This document shows, piece after piece, positions 52,241 to 64,000 of a stretch of 64,000 nt of DNA. How positions within the stretch are numbered: position 1 is the first letter of the stretch; the number at the start of each line of letters is the position of its first letter. The notes beneath the pieces are model-generated. The model did not search any database. It saw nothing but the letters and a program-made list of their open reading frames with translations, and had not been told where the DNA came from. The stretch comes from Owenia fusiformis (lineage: Eukaryota): contig CAIIXF020000001.1 of NCBI GenBank assembly GCA_903813345.2, positions 43,276,001 to 43,340,000 on the forward strand, in the 5' to 3' direction. A program made the position numbers and the translations under genes.

Positions 52241-52459
52241 ATGCTACGAATTGCAGAAAAAATTCGAGTTCTTCCTTGGAAAAACATTTCAGGAGAATTC
52301 TGCAAAAATCAAAATTTTGGATCGCAAATCAAAATAAACAGATATTTATCCTCATCAGCTTTCGATAGACTATATCCAAGACATAATGATTTCTCAGAGA
52401 GACACATTGGACCAAGTGAAGACGAAAAACTGCTCATGCTACAAGCTCTTGGATTAAGG
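52241..52459 (+). CDS. GLDC: Exon 1 of mitochondrial glycine dehydrogenase (decarboxylating), glycine cleavage P protein; remaining exons beyond window
   Basis: Basic presequence followed by RLYPRHNDFSERHIGPSEDEKLLMLQALGL (GcvP N-terminal F..RHIGP motif). Phase-0 donor AGG|GTAAGT. Confidence 0.9.
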
Positions 52460-52689
52460 GTAAGTTTGCTTAGAAGCACTTTCATTTTGGTGCTCTCAAG
52501 GGCTCACCATAAATAATTTGACAATTTTGAATTACCATTTCCAGACCATGGTGATTTGAGACTTCATACTTTCCAATAATATCTAGATACACATTCCTTA
52601 GTTTTGTATATTTTACATTTTGTATACTCTTATCCACATGGCCTCTTGAAAATATTTTCTTCTTTTTAACATGGGAAATCCTCACTTCA

Positions 52690-53330
52690 GCAAATCCAGT
52701 TGGTACGCCTTACTCACTTCGAGAGCCATGTTAGATTTTGAAACTTATGGCTCTCAAACGGAGAAGTGAACAGCTGATCAATAGTGACCTTTGAAATTGA
52801 ATTAAGTCGATCCGCGGCTTACTTTAGGTCTCTAACTGTGTCTTACATCAGTATCATCAATCCGTGTAAGTATTGGAGCGCTGGAGTACTTCTTTTTCGA
52901 TCAAGACTTGTAAATTATTCATCGAGTTAAAGTTTTACAGACCTATTTCCAATATGGCGGTTTGCTAGGTGCGAGATACGCAACAAACGAAATGAATTTT
53001 GAGAATTAGTTAGGTTCGGACAACCTCCGGAGATTTACGAAAATGTCCGAGCAGAAACAGCCATATTGGAATTTGGCAGTAAAACGATTCACTCGACTAA
53101 CAATTACAAGTCTTGATCGAAAAAGAAGTACTCCAGCGCTCCAATACTTACACGGATTGATGATACTGATGTAAGACACAGTTAGAGACCAAAAGTAAGC
53201 CGCGGATCGACTTAATTCGATTTCAAAGGTCACGATCATTGAGCTGTCCAAATGCTCCGTGGGAAAGCTATTATATCAAAATCCAAATAGCTTTCGCAGG
53301 AAGTAAGGTACGCCCACTTGTCTGATTGCA
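52690..53330. mobile_element. Foldback MITE with ~270-bp arms and ~80-bp spacer
   Basis: GTGACCTTTGAAAT...CCAATATGGC is mirrored by GCCATATTGG...ATTTCAAAGGTCAC. Confidence 0.85.
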
Positions 53331-54088
53331 TGGCCGAAGGACGCACATTCTGGGAGGTTCGGAGGTATGCTCTCCTGGGAAGGCGTTATTTGATGCAATC
53401 TGAGCGTTTTTATCAACTTAAATAGTTCTATTCTGATGAAACTAATCGGGTTAAATATTCAAATACAGAATTATCAATAAACATGCAAACAAATTTATGC
53501 ATTTTAACACATTTTTAATTTTGTTCAAATTCATTTGGTACGTAAGGGCGTACTGTGTGTAACAGGCGCTACACGCGTGTAATATGTACTGGTATCATAT
53601 ATCTTAAATCATGTTCAATTGTTGCTGTACACCAAATACATCTCAGATACAAGGTTTTCCATTTTCCAAGTTTTGAGTGACTTAGCCTAGTTTAGCTGGA
53701 GTTTTTGTTATGAAGTGCTCTCCCAACTATACTGTATGTGAACTTATAAAAGTTACACAATAAATGGATAAGGATAATACTTCTTAACTTTATGTAGTAT
53801 TATGATTTGCATGCAGTAATATAGGAGTAAAACAGTAATCATATCATACAGTAACCTAATTGATTTTGAATTACTTTTTAAGAGTTGTACTTCTTTTTAA
53901 AGGCCTTGTTGTTGTTGTGTAGGTGTTTACATATGCTTTTAGATTGTTTGATTTTGCCTTTTAAAAAGCATCATATACACTCTGAGGAACAGATAAGTCT
54001 TTGATCTAGCCTTAACCAAAGGTGATTGTACTGCATTATCAAATTCATCGCTATTAGTGATAAAATCAATGTCATCTGCTAATGATAA

Positions 54089-57000
54089 TTATTAGGAGGC
54101 CCCATCGGGGGGCCTCCTATCAATTTTGTAGATATTATTATTATTCTTTATTATTAGACTCCAGATTGAAAATCTGGAGTCTATTACTTTTGTCAGTATT
54201 ATTCTTCTTCTTCTTTATTAGGAGGCCCCAACGGGGGGCCTCCTATTAATTTTATAGATATTATTATTATTATTAGGAGGCCCTCCTGAAAGGGCCTCCT
54301 ATAGCTTTTGTAGCTTTTTCTTTATTAGGAGGCCCTCCTGAAAGGGCCTCCTATAGCTTTTGTAGCTTTTCTTTATTAGGAGGCCCTCCTGAAAGGGCCT
54401 CCTATAGCTTTTGTAGCTTTTCTTTATTCTTCTTCTTATTCTATCAAAGCATTTTTCTCCTACTTCCAACTAGCTTTCAACTACCTACTATATGATCCTA
54501 CAAGGTACCTTGGCTGAAATTGGGGGGAAAATATTTTTTATCTAGGTCAAGGTCAAAGGTCAAAATCTAGGTCAAATCTAAGCTTTTTTTCAAGTTTCTC
54601 AAGTTTGTCATTATACTTCATTATTTCTTGCGATGAATTAAACTGAAACTACATTTAAGTATTCTCTACAAATTGTTCACTATATGTCAGCATTAAATTT
54701 TTACCGTTTTTGAGATATTTGACGTCAAAAAACGGTCAAAAGAGGTCATTTTTCAACTTGCTTCAATCTGACCAATTTTTTTTTTAAAAATCATCTTCAA
54801 GTTCCCAGGAGTCCAAATCTGACTTCAGATTTGACATTAGATCTTTAGTTGACCTTCAGTGACCTCCGAAAGGTCAGAAAAGTTGATTTTTCAAATTGAG
54901 TCTTTGGATTCAAATTTAGGTCAGTCTAATTAGAAAAAGCCTACTGAGGTCTAAAAACGTAAAAATTTCAAGGTCAAAGGTCAAGGTCATCAAATGAGGT
55001 CACAAGCTGTGCTATCTAAGTTTCTCATAGTTCAAGACTACAAATCAATATTTTTAATTGAAAGTCAAGATGTACATTCCTCTGAGGGTTCTACACATAT
55101 TAGTCATTGACTATTTATTAAAATTTTGTCCCAGTTTTGAGATATAAGAGCTCAAAAACTGAAAAAGGTCAATTTTTTAAAGTTTATAAGGTCAAATTTT
55201 AACTTGCTTCAAATTCACACAACTTTTTTTTAAAAATTATCTACAATATCTCAGGAGTTCATATTTAACCTCAGATTTGACATTTGACCTTTAGTTGACC
55301 TTCAGTGACCTTCAAGATGTCAGAAAAGTTGATTTTTCAAATTGAGTTTTTGGATTCAAATTTAGGGTAAGCCTAATCATAAAAGACCCACTGAGCTCTA
55401 AAACAGAAAAATTTTCAAGGTCAAGGGTCACGGTTATCAAATTAGGTCAAAATCTAGGTCAAATCTAAATTTTTTTCAAGTTTCTCAACTTTGTCCTTAT
55501 ACTTCATTATTTCTTGCGATGAATTAAACTGAAACTACATTTTAGTATTTTCTACAAATTGTTCACTATATGTCAGCATTGAATTTTTACCGTTTTTGAG
55601 ATATTTGACGTCGAAAAACGGTCAAAAAAGGTCATTTTTCAACTTGCTTCAATCTGACCAAATTTTTTTTTAAAAATCATCTACAAATTCCCAGGAGTCC
55701 GAATCTGACCTCATATTTGACCTTTGACCTTTAGTTGACCTTAAATGACCTTCGAAAGGTAAGAAAAGTTGATTTGTCAAATTGAGTCTTTGGATTCAAA
55801 TTTAGGTCAGCCTAATTAAAAAAGACCTACTGTGGTCTAAAAAGGTGAAACTTTTCAAGGTCAAAGGTCAAGATCATGAAATTAGATCACAAACTGTGCT
55901 ATCTAAGTTTCGCAAAGTTCAAGACTACAAACCAATATTTTTAACCCGAAGTCAAAATATACACATTCCTCTAAGGGTTCTACACATATAAGCAATTGAC
56001 TATCTAATAGAATTTTGTCCCAGTTTGTGATATAAGAGTTCAAAAGTTGAAAAAAGGTCAATTTCGAAATTTTTCAAGGTCAAATTTAAACGCGCTTCAA
56101 ATTGACAAAATCTTTTTTTGAAAATCATCTACAAGTTCTCAAGAGTTCACATCTGACCTCAGATTTGATATTTGTCCTTTAGTTGACCTTCAAATTGTCA
56201 AAAATGCCTAAGAGGGCCTCCGTGAGATTGCTTGCAATCTTCAAAAGTCTAGTTCTTCTTATTCTTCTTATTAGACTCCAGATTGAAAATCTGGAGTCTA
56301 TTGTTCTCGTCAGTTTTCTTATTCTTCTTCTTCTTCTTATTATTATTATTCTAAACCAGTTTTCTCAATAACCATAAAATTTTCAGTAAAGTCAGTCATT
56401 TGGTCAATTTAGGTCCAGAATCTAGTTCCTCGGAAATTGGGTCAAATTTTTATCTAGGTCAAGGGTCAAGAACTAGGTCAAATCCAGTACTTTGTCACTT
56501 TTTTCGATTTTCTCGGTCGTCCTTCAATATTTTCGATCCGGGTTTTTTTCATTGTGCTCCTTATAAAAAAGTAGAAAACCTAGGGTCGATTTAGTTTTTT
56601 GATATCTCAAACCGATTTCGAGATATCAGTGTCCGAAAACGAGGTCCAAAAAAAAGTTCTCCGAATCAAATGTCCAGGATATTAGTCTTATAGGAAATTT
56701 TCTCAGGATTCCGAATCTGAAAACGAAATTTGGATCTGACTTCCGGTTCGGAAGTTATGGCGTTTTGCAAACTCAAAAATCGCTAAATTTGGTGCCCATG
56801 TTAAGTCAATGGGAAAAAAGATTTTTTTGAAGTAAAAAATATGAAATATAGACTGAGTTTAGCTTAAAGGGAATGCGAAGTTTCATGTTCTAATTTACAC
56901 GCTGGCTACTTATAACCATCATCTATCACTTCAGCTCACTCATGGGACATATCGTGTTTGAACTAACATATAATTTAAGTTCAAAGTACCCATATCTGGA

Positions 57001-60000
57001 TCGCTACGGATGCCGCCATTGTTATGTATCAATGACGTCATTGATGCCTTAAAATTGATGCCTGGGAAATGTCGCGTCATACTCGGATCGCAGAAATAGA
57101 ACACATTTCACTGATATTTTATAACTATTTCTGTCCGCTTAACATTGTTGCCGCATGTTCATGTCAATGTTCATATATTTGGAAAGGTTGTTTCAATATA
57201 TTCTTCATAGAAATTGAATTGTTGCAATGTATTTTTTCAAATGTTTGTATTTATTTTCTCCAATCAATGTGATATAGTAAAGGCTAGGTAGAAAAATCAC
57301 TAAACTTATGAGATATCGGCTGCGCGATTCGGAAGTCATCGCATTATATTCCACTTGAAAAATATCCACTAGAATTATTTTATATAATGATAACACTGGG
57401 TCAAAAAGGATAAATCTGTTCAAATCCTGTAAATGTTTTCTTGTATATTTAACCAATGAATGAGGTAAATGCATTAAAATATACAAAATGGCATTTATAC
57501 ATAAATGCATTACTGTGCATCAATGGGGATTTATTTAACTAAGATTAATGTGGCTAATGTGTTGGCGTATTTATGGTGAAAATAAGTAAGTTATATCATC
57601 GGCCGAACGCATCCAACAAATAGTTGCATTTACCATATTTATGTTAATACGAATACACGACATACCATTTAAAATATCGAAATCTATGCTAATGTTCATT
57701 AATGCGCTGATGAGCATTTACGGCACATCATTATTAACCTAAGGTATACGTCGGCAAATAGGCATACTGCCGCAATTGCTTTCTTACCTAATCATAAATG
57801 GTAGATTACTTCAATCTGTAGTATTCTATTCAAATATGTATAGGTGCATGAATAGGTGCATATTGGAGAATGAAAGAAATAAAACAAAAAGTAGTAATCC
57901 AATGAAACAGTAACTCCCTAAAGTGTTTAGCCATTTAAATTCTGATGAAAAACGCAAACAAAAAAACGAAAACTCGATGTCGTCTAAATGATACGTATGT
58001 AAATGTCAATCTCCTAAATATTAAGATTGGCATGCGCAATAGCTTTACAAGGACATGCCACTGTCATATTTTCAAAAAATAATACGTAATGTTTAATTTT
58101 TCTCAGTTGTTAAACGACCAATTTCAATCATCATATCACCGTAGCGACATTCGATATGACAAAAAAAGCTTTTCAAAATTCAATGGTATTTCACCTTGGA
58201 TCATGACAAGAGAAGGCTCATAACATTCAGTGATGCGGGGAGACGATGGGGTCGATTGTAGTATGATATTTCATTTCAACGACGATAAGGCAATTGCCGT
58301 ATTGATAGTACGCCAATAGTTTAATATTTATTTTATTATATATTTATTTTTTGTTAAAAACAATTCCTGATTTCGAGCTCGAATTTAATTATATAACATC
58401 CGTGGTAAGTACAGTTCTACAGTGTTTTCGAAATAATGATTTTCAATTTAATGGCATACAACCTTTTGTTTTTCTATATCGGAAAATAAGTGGAACTTTA
58501 AAAGCTTCAGTCACATTTGTTCAATGCGACCACACGTCGATCGTATTTCCCTGAAATCAGTAAATTACTGCGGGGTCACCTTGCTGTCTACGTACACGAC
58601 ATATCCAGTTTTTACAAGGCGTAGAGTCGGAATTAAAACTTTTTCTTTCCTGTGGTCACCATAGGTATCAACAAGCAGCAGCCAAACCGTAGGTCTCACG
58701 ACGGCCCTACGTCGGGTTCACGGTCGACTTGCGGCTGCGCTTGGAGGTTACAATTGACCTTTCCGAACCATAGAGACCCTTGTGGATGCCTTCAAGAAAA
58801 ACTACGCACGTCGTAGGGCCGCCCTACGCTGATCGTGCGTCATCATTTATCAGCCGTACGGGAATCGTAGTTTTTCCTCATAATCAAGATACGCCGTACG
58901 GCTATCTTAGCAAATGTGACTGCTAAATTATCTGACTGCAGAAATACTTAGGCAACCGTAGAAATCCTACTTACCACAGAAATGATAGACCGTACGGTCC
59001 CCGTAAAAATGTGACGTGAGGCTAATACGAATCCATGATAGTAATTGAATACGGTTTTAAAATTTAATTTTAAAATTTTAATTTCTTTGAATACCTGTGT
59101 TAAAGATAAACATAAATGCAATGAATATTAAAGTACGAACACGTATTTTTGTAATGAGACTAGCAAATTAAACCATTGCATTCTTGGATTCAAGATGGGT
59201 TGGTTGAATTAATTTTATTGTTTTATTCAAATAGTTTGCATTCGCCCGATAGAATTAGCATTCTCTGTTCGCATTTAGCGCTAGACCTAAGAAAAGTTAA
59301 AAAGTCACGAATTCCAGATTGTTTCAAGTGTAAATAAAGAATAAATCTAACCTCAGTGCATTCCAGACATTCCATGTCTAGATAGGTAAAAAGCAATTCC
59401 GAAAATGCCGGCGTTAATATTCTATTGAAATCGTTCTTTATTATGGGTGGTATATACGTATTCTTTTAGTTCCTTTGGAATGATTTCTTTGGTTTTGGAA
59501 TGGCAATAACTCGGCATTCATTTTTTGATTCAAATATGGCGCCACAAAACTTTTGAAATGCCAAGGCATCAATATGGCATCAATGACGTCATAACAATGT
59601 CGTAAAGAACCACTTTACGGTTGAAATGGCAGCTCCGTGGTCCAGTTCATATGCAAAACCCGGGGCTCAATAACAATTTAAAGGATAATGATAGAACAAT
59701 AAAACTAAGTTAGATTGAAAGATATATCTTTATTCTAACTTATTATCAAGTTTAAGGGACAAAACTTCGCATTCCCTTTAATATAATGAAAGCTTTTAAA
59801 AGAATGGGACCTCAAAAGCCATCTAGCTTCAAAATTTGGACACCAAAATGCCTAGGTCAAAATCTAGGTCAAATTCAAAGTTTTTCCTTATTTTTGCGAT
59901 TCTGACACTACAGATTAATTATATTCTTCGAAATTTTGTATACATGTAGCCAAGAGTACGCTAATAGTGTTAGCCTTTTGCCGTCAGAAAGTATTTTGAC

Positions 60001-63000
60001 CCACTTTTGAGATATGGTGTCCGAAAAGTAGGTCAAAATAAAAAGTTCTCCAAATTTAACGTTTGAGTTATGAATTAAGAATAGAATCTTCTCAGAAATC
60101 CGAATCTGCAAACCAAATTTCAATTCGACTGCCGGTTCCGAAGTTATAACGTGTCCGAAAAGTAGGTCAAAATAAAAATTCGCCAAATTTAACGTATGAG
60201 TTATGAATTAGGGGTAGAATTTTGTCAGGGATCCGAATCTGTAAATCAAATTTCGATCCGACTTCCGGTTCGGAAGTTATGACGTTTTGAAATTTCAAGA
60301 AAAATCGATCTGATGGTATCCTGATAGAAAGTCAAGAGTAGAGAAGAAAATATTAAAAAATGCATCCATCCTTCCTTTCTGATCCTATCCTCTCCTTCCT
60401 ATCTACCCTTGCTTCGTATTCTCTCCTTCCTATCCTTCCTATTCTATCCCTTCTTCCTATTCTATTATATCATTCTTTCCTATTCTATCCTATAGTTCCT
60501 TCCTATTCTATCCTATCCTTCCTTCCTTTTTCATCCATCCATCCATCCATCTTTTTCTGGATGACTTAGCTTATTTTGGATGACTTGGCTTATTCTGGAT
60601 GACTCGGCTAAAAAAAGTCTAGATCTGGAGTCTGAAATTGAACTCGTTCAATTTCCAAAATCTAGTTATTCTTATTATTCTAAACCAGTTTTCTCAATAA
60701 CCATAAGGTTTTCAGTAAAGTCAGTCATTTGGTCAATTTAGGTCCAGAATCTAGTTCCTCGGAAATTGGGTCAAATTTTTATCTAGGTCAAAGGTCAAGA
60801 ACTAGGTCAAATCCAGTACTTTGTCACTTTTTTCGATTTTCTCGGTCATCCTTCAATATTTTCGATCCGTTTTTTTTTCATTGTGTTCCTTATAAAAAAG
60901 TAGAAAACCTAGGGTGATTTAGTTTTTTGATATCTCAAACAGATTTCGAGATATCAGTGTCCGAAAACGAGGTCCAAAAAAAAGTTCTTCGAATCAAATG
61001 TCCAGGATATTGGTCTTATAGGAAATTTTATCAGGATTCCGAATCTGAAAACCAAATTCGAATCAGACTTCCGGTTCGGAAGTTATGGCGTTTTGAAAGC
61101 TCAAAAATCGCTAAATTTGGTGCCCATGTTAAGTCAATGGGGAAAAAGATTTTTTTGAAGTGAAAAATACGAAATATAGATTCAGCTAAGTATAATGAAA
61201 GCCTATGAAAGAAGGGAACCTCGAAGGCTACCTAACTTCAAAATTTGGACACAAATATCCCTAGGTCAAAATCTAGGTCAAATTCATAGTTTATCCTTAT
61301 TTTTGCGATTCTGACACTACACTTTAATTATATTCCTCGAAATTTTGTATGCATGTAGCCAAGAGTGTGCTTATAGTGTTAGCCTTTTGCCGTCAGAAAG
61401 TTTTTTGCCCCACTTTTGAGATATGGTGTCCGAAAAGTAGGTCAAAATATAAATTTCTCCAAATTTAACATTTCAGTTATGAATTAAGTATAGAATTTTC
61501 TCAGGAATCCGAATCTGCTAACCAAATTTCGATCCGACTTCCGGTTCGGAAGTTATTACATTTTGAAAGCTCAAAAATCGCTAAATTTAGTGCCCCATGT
61601 TATGTCAATGGGAACAAAAAATTTTTTGAAGTGTAAAATACGAGATATAGACTAAGTACAGCTTAAAATAATGAAAGCCTATGAAAGAAGGGAACCTCGA
61701 AGGCTACCTTACTTCAAAATTTGGACACAAAAATCCCTAGGTCAAAATCTAGGTCAAATTCATAGTTTATCCTTATTTTTGCGATTCTGACACTACACTT
61801 TAATTATATTCCTCGAAATTGTGTATACATGTAGCCAAGAGTGTGCTAATAGCGTTAGCCTTTTGCCGTCAGAAAGTATTTTGACCCACTTTTGAGATAT
61901 GGTGTCTGAAAAGTAGGTCAAAATAAAAAGTTCTCCAAATTTAACGTTTGAGTTATGAATTAAGAGTAGAATTTTCTCAGAAATCCGAATCTGCAAACCA
62001 AATTTCAATCAGACTTCCGGTTCCGAAGTTATGGCGTGTCCGAAAAGTAGGTCAAAATAAAAATTCGCCAAATTTAACGTATGAGTTATGAATTAGGGGG
62101 AAATTTTTGTCAGGAATCTGAATCTACAAATCAAATTTCGATCCGACTTCCGGTTCGGAAGTTATGGCGTTTTGAAATTTCAAGAAAAATCGATCTGATG
62201 GTATCCTGATAGAAAGTCAAGAGTAGAGAAGAAAATATTGAAAAATGCATCCATCCTTCCTTTCTGATCCTATCCTATCCTTCCTATCTACCCTTGCTTC
62301 GTTTCCTCTCCTTCCTATTCTATCCCTTCTTCCTATTCTATTCTATCCTTCTTTCCTATTCTATCCTTCTTTCCTATTCTATCCTATCGTTCCTTCCTAT
62401 TCTATCCTATCCTTCCATCCTTTTTCATCCATCCATCCATCCATCCTTCTTTTTCTTGATGACTTAGTTCATTTTGGATGACTTGGCTTATTCTGGATGA
62501 CTCGGCTAAAAAAAGTCTAGATCTGGAGTCTGAAATTGAACTCGTTCAATTTCCAAAATCTAGTTCTTATTATTCTATCAAAGCATTTTTCTCCTACTTC
62601 CAACTAGGTTTCAACTACCTACTATATGATCCTACTAAGAACCTTGGCTGAAATTGGGGGGAAAATATTTTTTATCTAGGTCAAGGTCAAAGGTCAAAAT
62701 CTAGGTCAAATCTAAGTTTTTTTTCAAGTTTCTCAAGTTTGTCATTATACTTCATTATTTCTTGCGATGAATTAAACTGAAACTACATTTAAGTATTCTC
62801 TACAAATTGTTCACTATATGTCAGCATTAATTTTTTACCGTTTTTGAGATATTTGACGTCAAAAAACGGTCAAAAAAGGTCATTTTTCAACTTGCTTCAG
62901 TCTGACCAAATTTTTTTTTAAAAATCATCTACAAGTTCCCAGGAGTCCAATTCTGACTTCAGATTTGACCTTTGACCTTTAGTTGACCTTCAGTGACCTT

Positions 63001-64000
63001 CGAAAGGTCAGAAAAGTTGATTTTTCAAATTGAGTCTTTGGATTCAAATTTAGGTCAGTCTAATTACAAAAAGCCTACTGAGGTCTAAAAAAGTAAAAAT
63101 TTCAAGGTCAAAGGTCAAGGTCATCAAATTAGGTCACAAACTGTGCTATCTAAGTTTCTCATAGTTCAAGACTACAAATCAATATTTTTAATTGAAAGTC
63201 AAGATATACATTTCTCTAAGGGTTTTACACATATTAGTCATTGACTATTTATTAAAATTTTGTCCCAGTTTTGAGATATAAGAGCTCAAAAACTGAAAAA
63301 GGTCAATTTTTCAAAGTTTATAAGGTCAAATTTTAACTTGCTTCAAATTCACCAAACTTTTTTTTAAAAATCATCTACAACTTCTCAGGAGTTCATATTT
63401 AACCTCAGATTTGACATTTGACCTTAAGTTGACCTTCAGTGACCTTCGAAAGGTCAGAAAAGTTGATTTTTCAAATTGAGTTTTTGGATTCAAATTTAGG
63501 GTAAGCCTAATCATAAAAGACCCACTGAGCTCTAAAACAGTAAAACTTTCAAGGTCAAGGGTCACGGTTATCAAATTAGGTCAAAGGTTAAAAATTAGGT
63601 CAAATCTAAATTTTTTACAAGTTTCTTAACTTTGTCCTTATACTTCATTATTTCTTGCGATGAATAAAACTGAAACTACATTTTAGTATTTTCTACAAAT
63701 TGTTCACTATATGTCAGCATTGAATTTTTACGAGTTTTGAGATATTTGACGTCGAAAAACGGTCAAAAAAGGTCATTTTTCAACTTGCTTCAATCTAACC
63801 AAATTTTTTTTTAAAAATCATCTACAAATTCCCAGGAGTCCGAATCTGAATCTCATATTTGACCTTTGACCTTTAGTTGACCTTCAATGACCTTCGAAAG
63901 GTAAGAAAAGTTGATTTTTCAAATTGAGTCTTTGGATTCAAATTATGTCAGCCTGATTACCAAAGACCTACTGATGTCTAAAAGGGTAAAACTTTTCAAG
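54089..64000 (+). mobile_element. Nested cluster of two HINE/Helentron-like families (A: GGAGGCCC head; B: GACTCCAG head)
   Basis: Stacked palindromic heads at 54091-54405. Body A 54437-56252; head B 56268 with body to ~60666; second body B ~60680-62565; second body A from ~62570 to the window end. Confidence 0.85.
56868..59777. mobile_element. 2.9-kb non-autonomous TTAA element (Kolobok-like) inserted in a family-B body
   Basis: TTAA|AGGGAATGCGAAGTTT ... AAACTTCGCATTCCCT|TTAA. The empty site GCTTAAAATAATGAAAGC is visible in the sister copy at ~61671. Confidence 0.9.

Noticed and set aside
56183..63574. Repeated short ORFs (e.g. MVNLGPESS..., MHPSFLSDP...) as a peptide family
   Set aside because: They are incidental translations of repeated element bodies and low-complexity tracts.
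52460..64000. GLDC exon 2
   Set aside because: No segment resembling the expected next GcvP residues with splice sites was found. It presumably lies beyond the window.

Overview
AT-rich, intron-containing eukaryotic DNA. The repeat types and gene content suggest an invertebrate, probably a mollusc or other lophotrochozoan (inference only). Five protein-coding genes: (1) the last two exons of a GPR153/GPR162-like orphan GPCR with a ~620-aa low-complexity tail (+, 3291-5548); (2) TMEM218 with an uninterrupted CDS (-, 7127-7477); (3) a complete ERMP1 M28 metallopeptidase (+, 14376-31974, ~891 aa as I splice it); (4) an intronless MCH1/nodulin-like MFS transporter (+, 41743-43269); (5) exon 1 of glycine decarboxylase GLDC (+, 52241-52459). 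The main observation is a diverged, tandemly duplicated 200-nt exon pair in ERMP1 (25343-25542 and 26106-26305), which must be spliced mutually exclusively to keep frame. The rest is densely nested non-autonomous DNA transposons: a 5.7-kb satellite-carrying foldback, a CAC-ended element with a 5-bp TSD, TTAA elements (one carrying a tRNA-like Pol III unit), a 9-bp-TSD element, decayed Tc1/mariner copies, and a nested stack of Helentron-like elements in GLDC intron 1. All calls are by eye; no searches were run.
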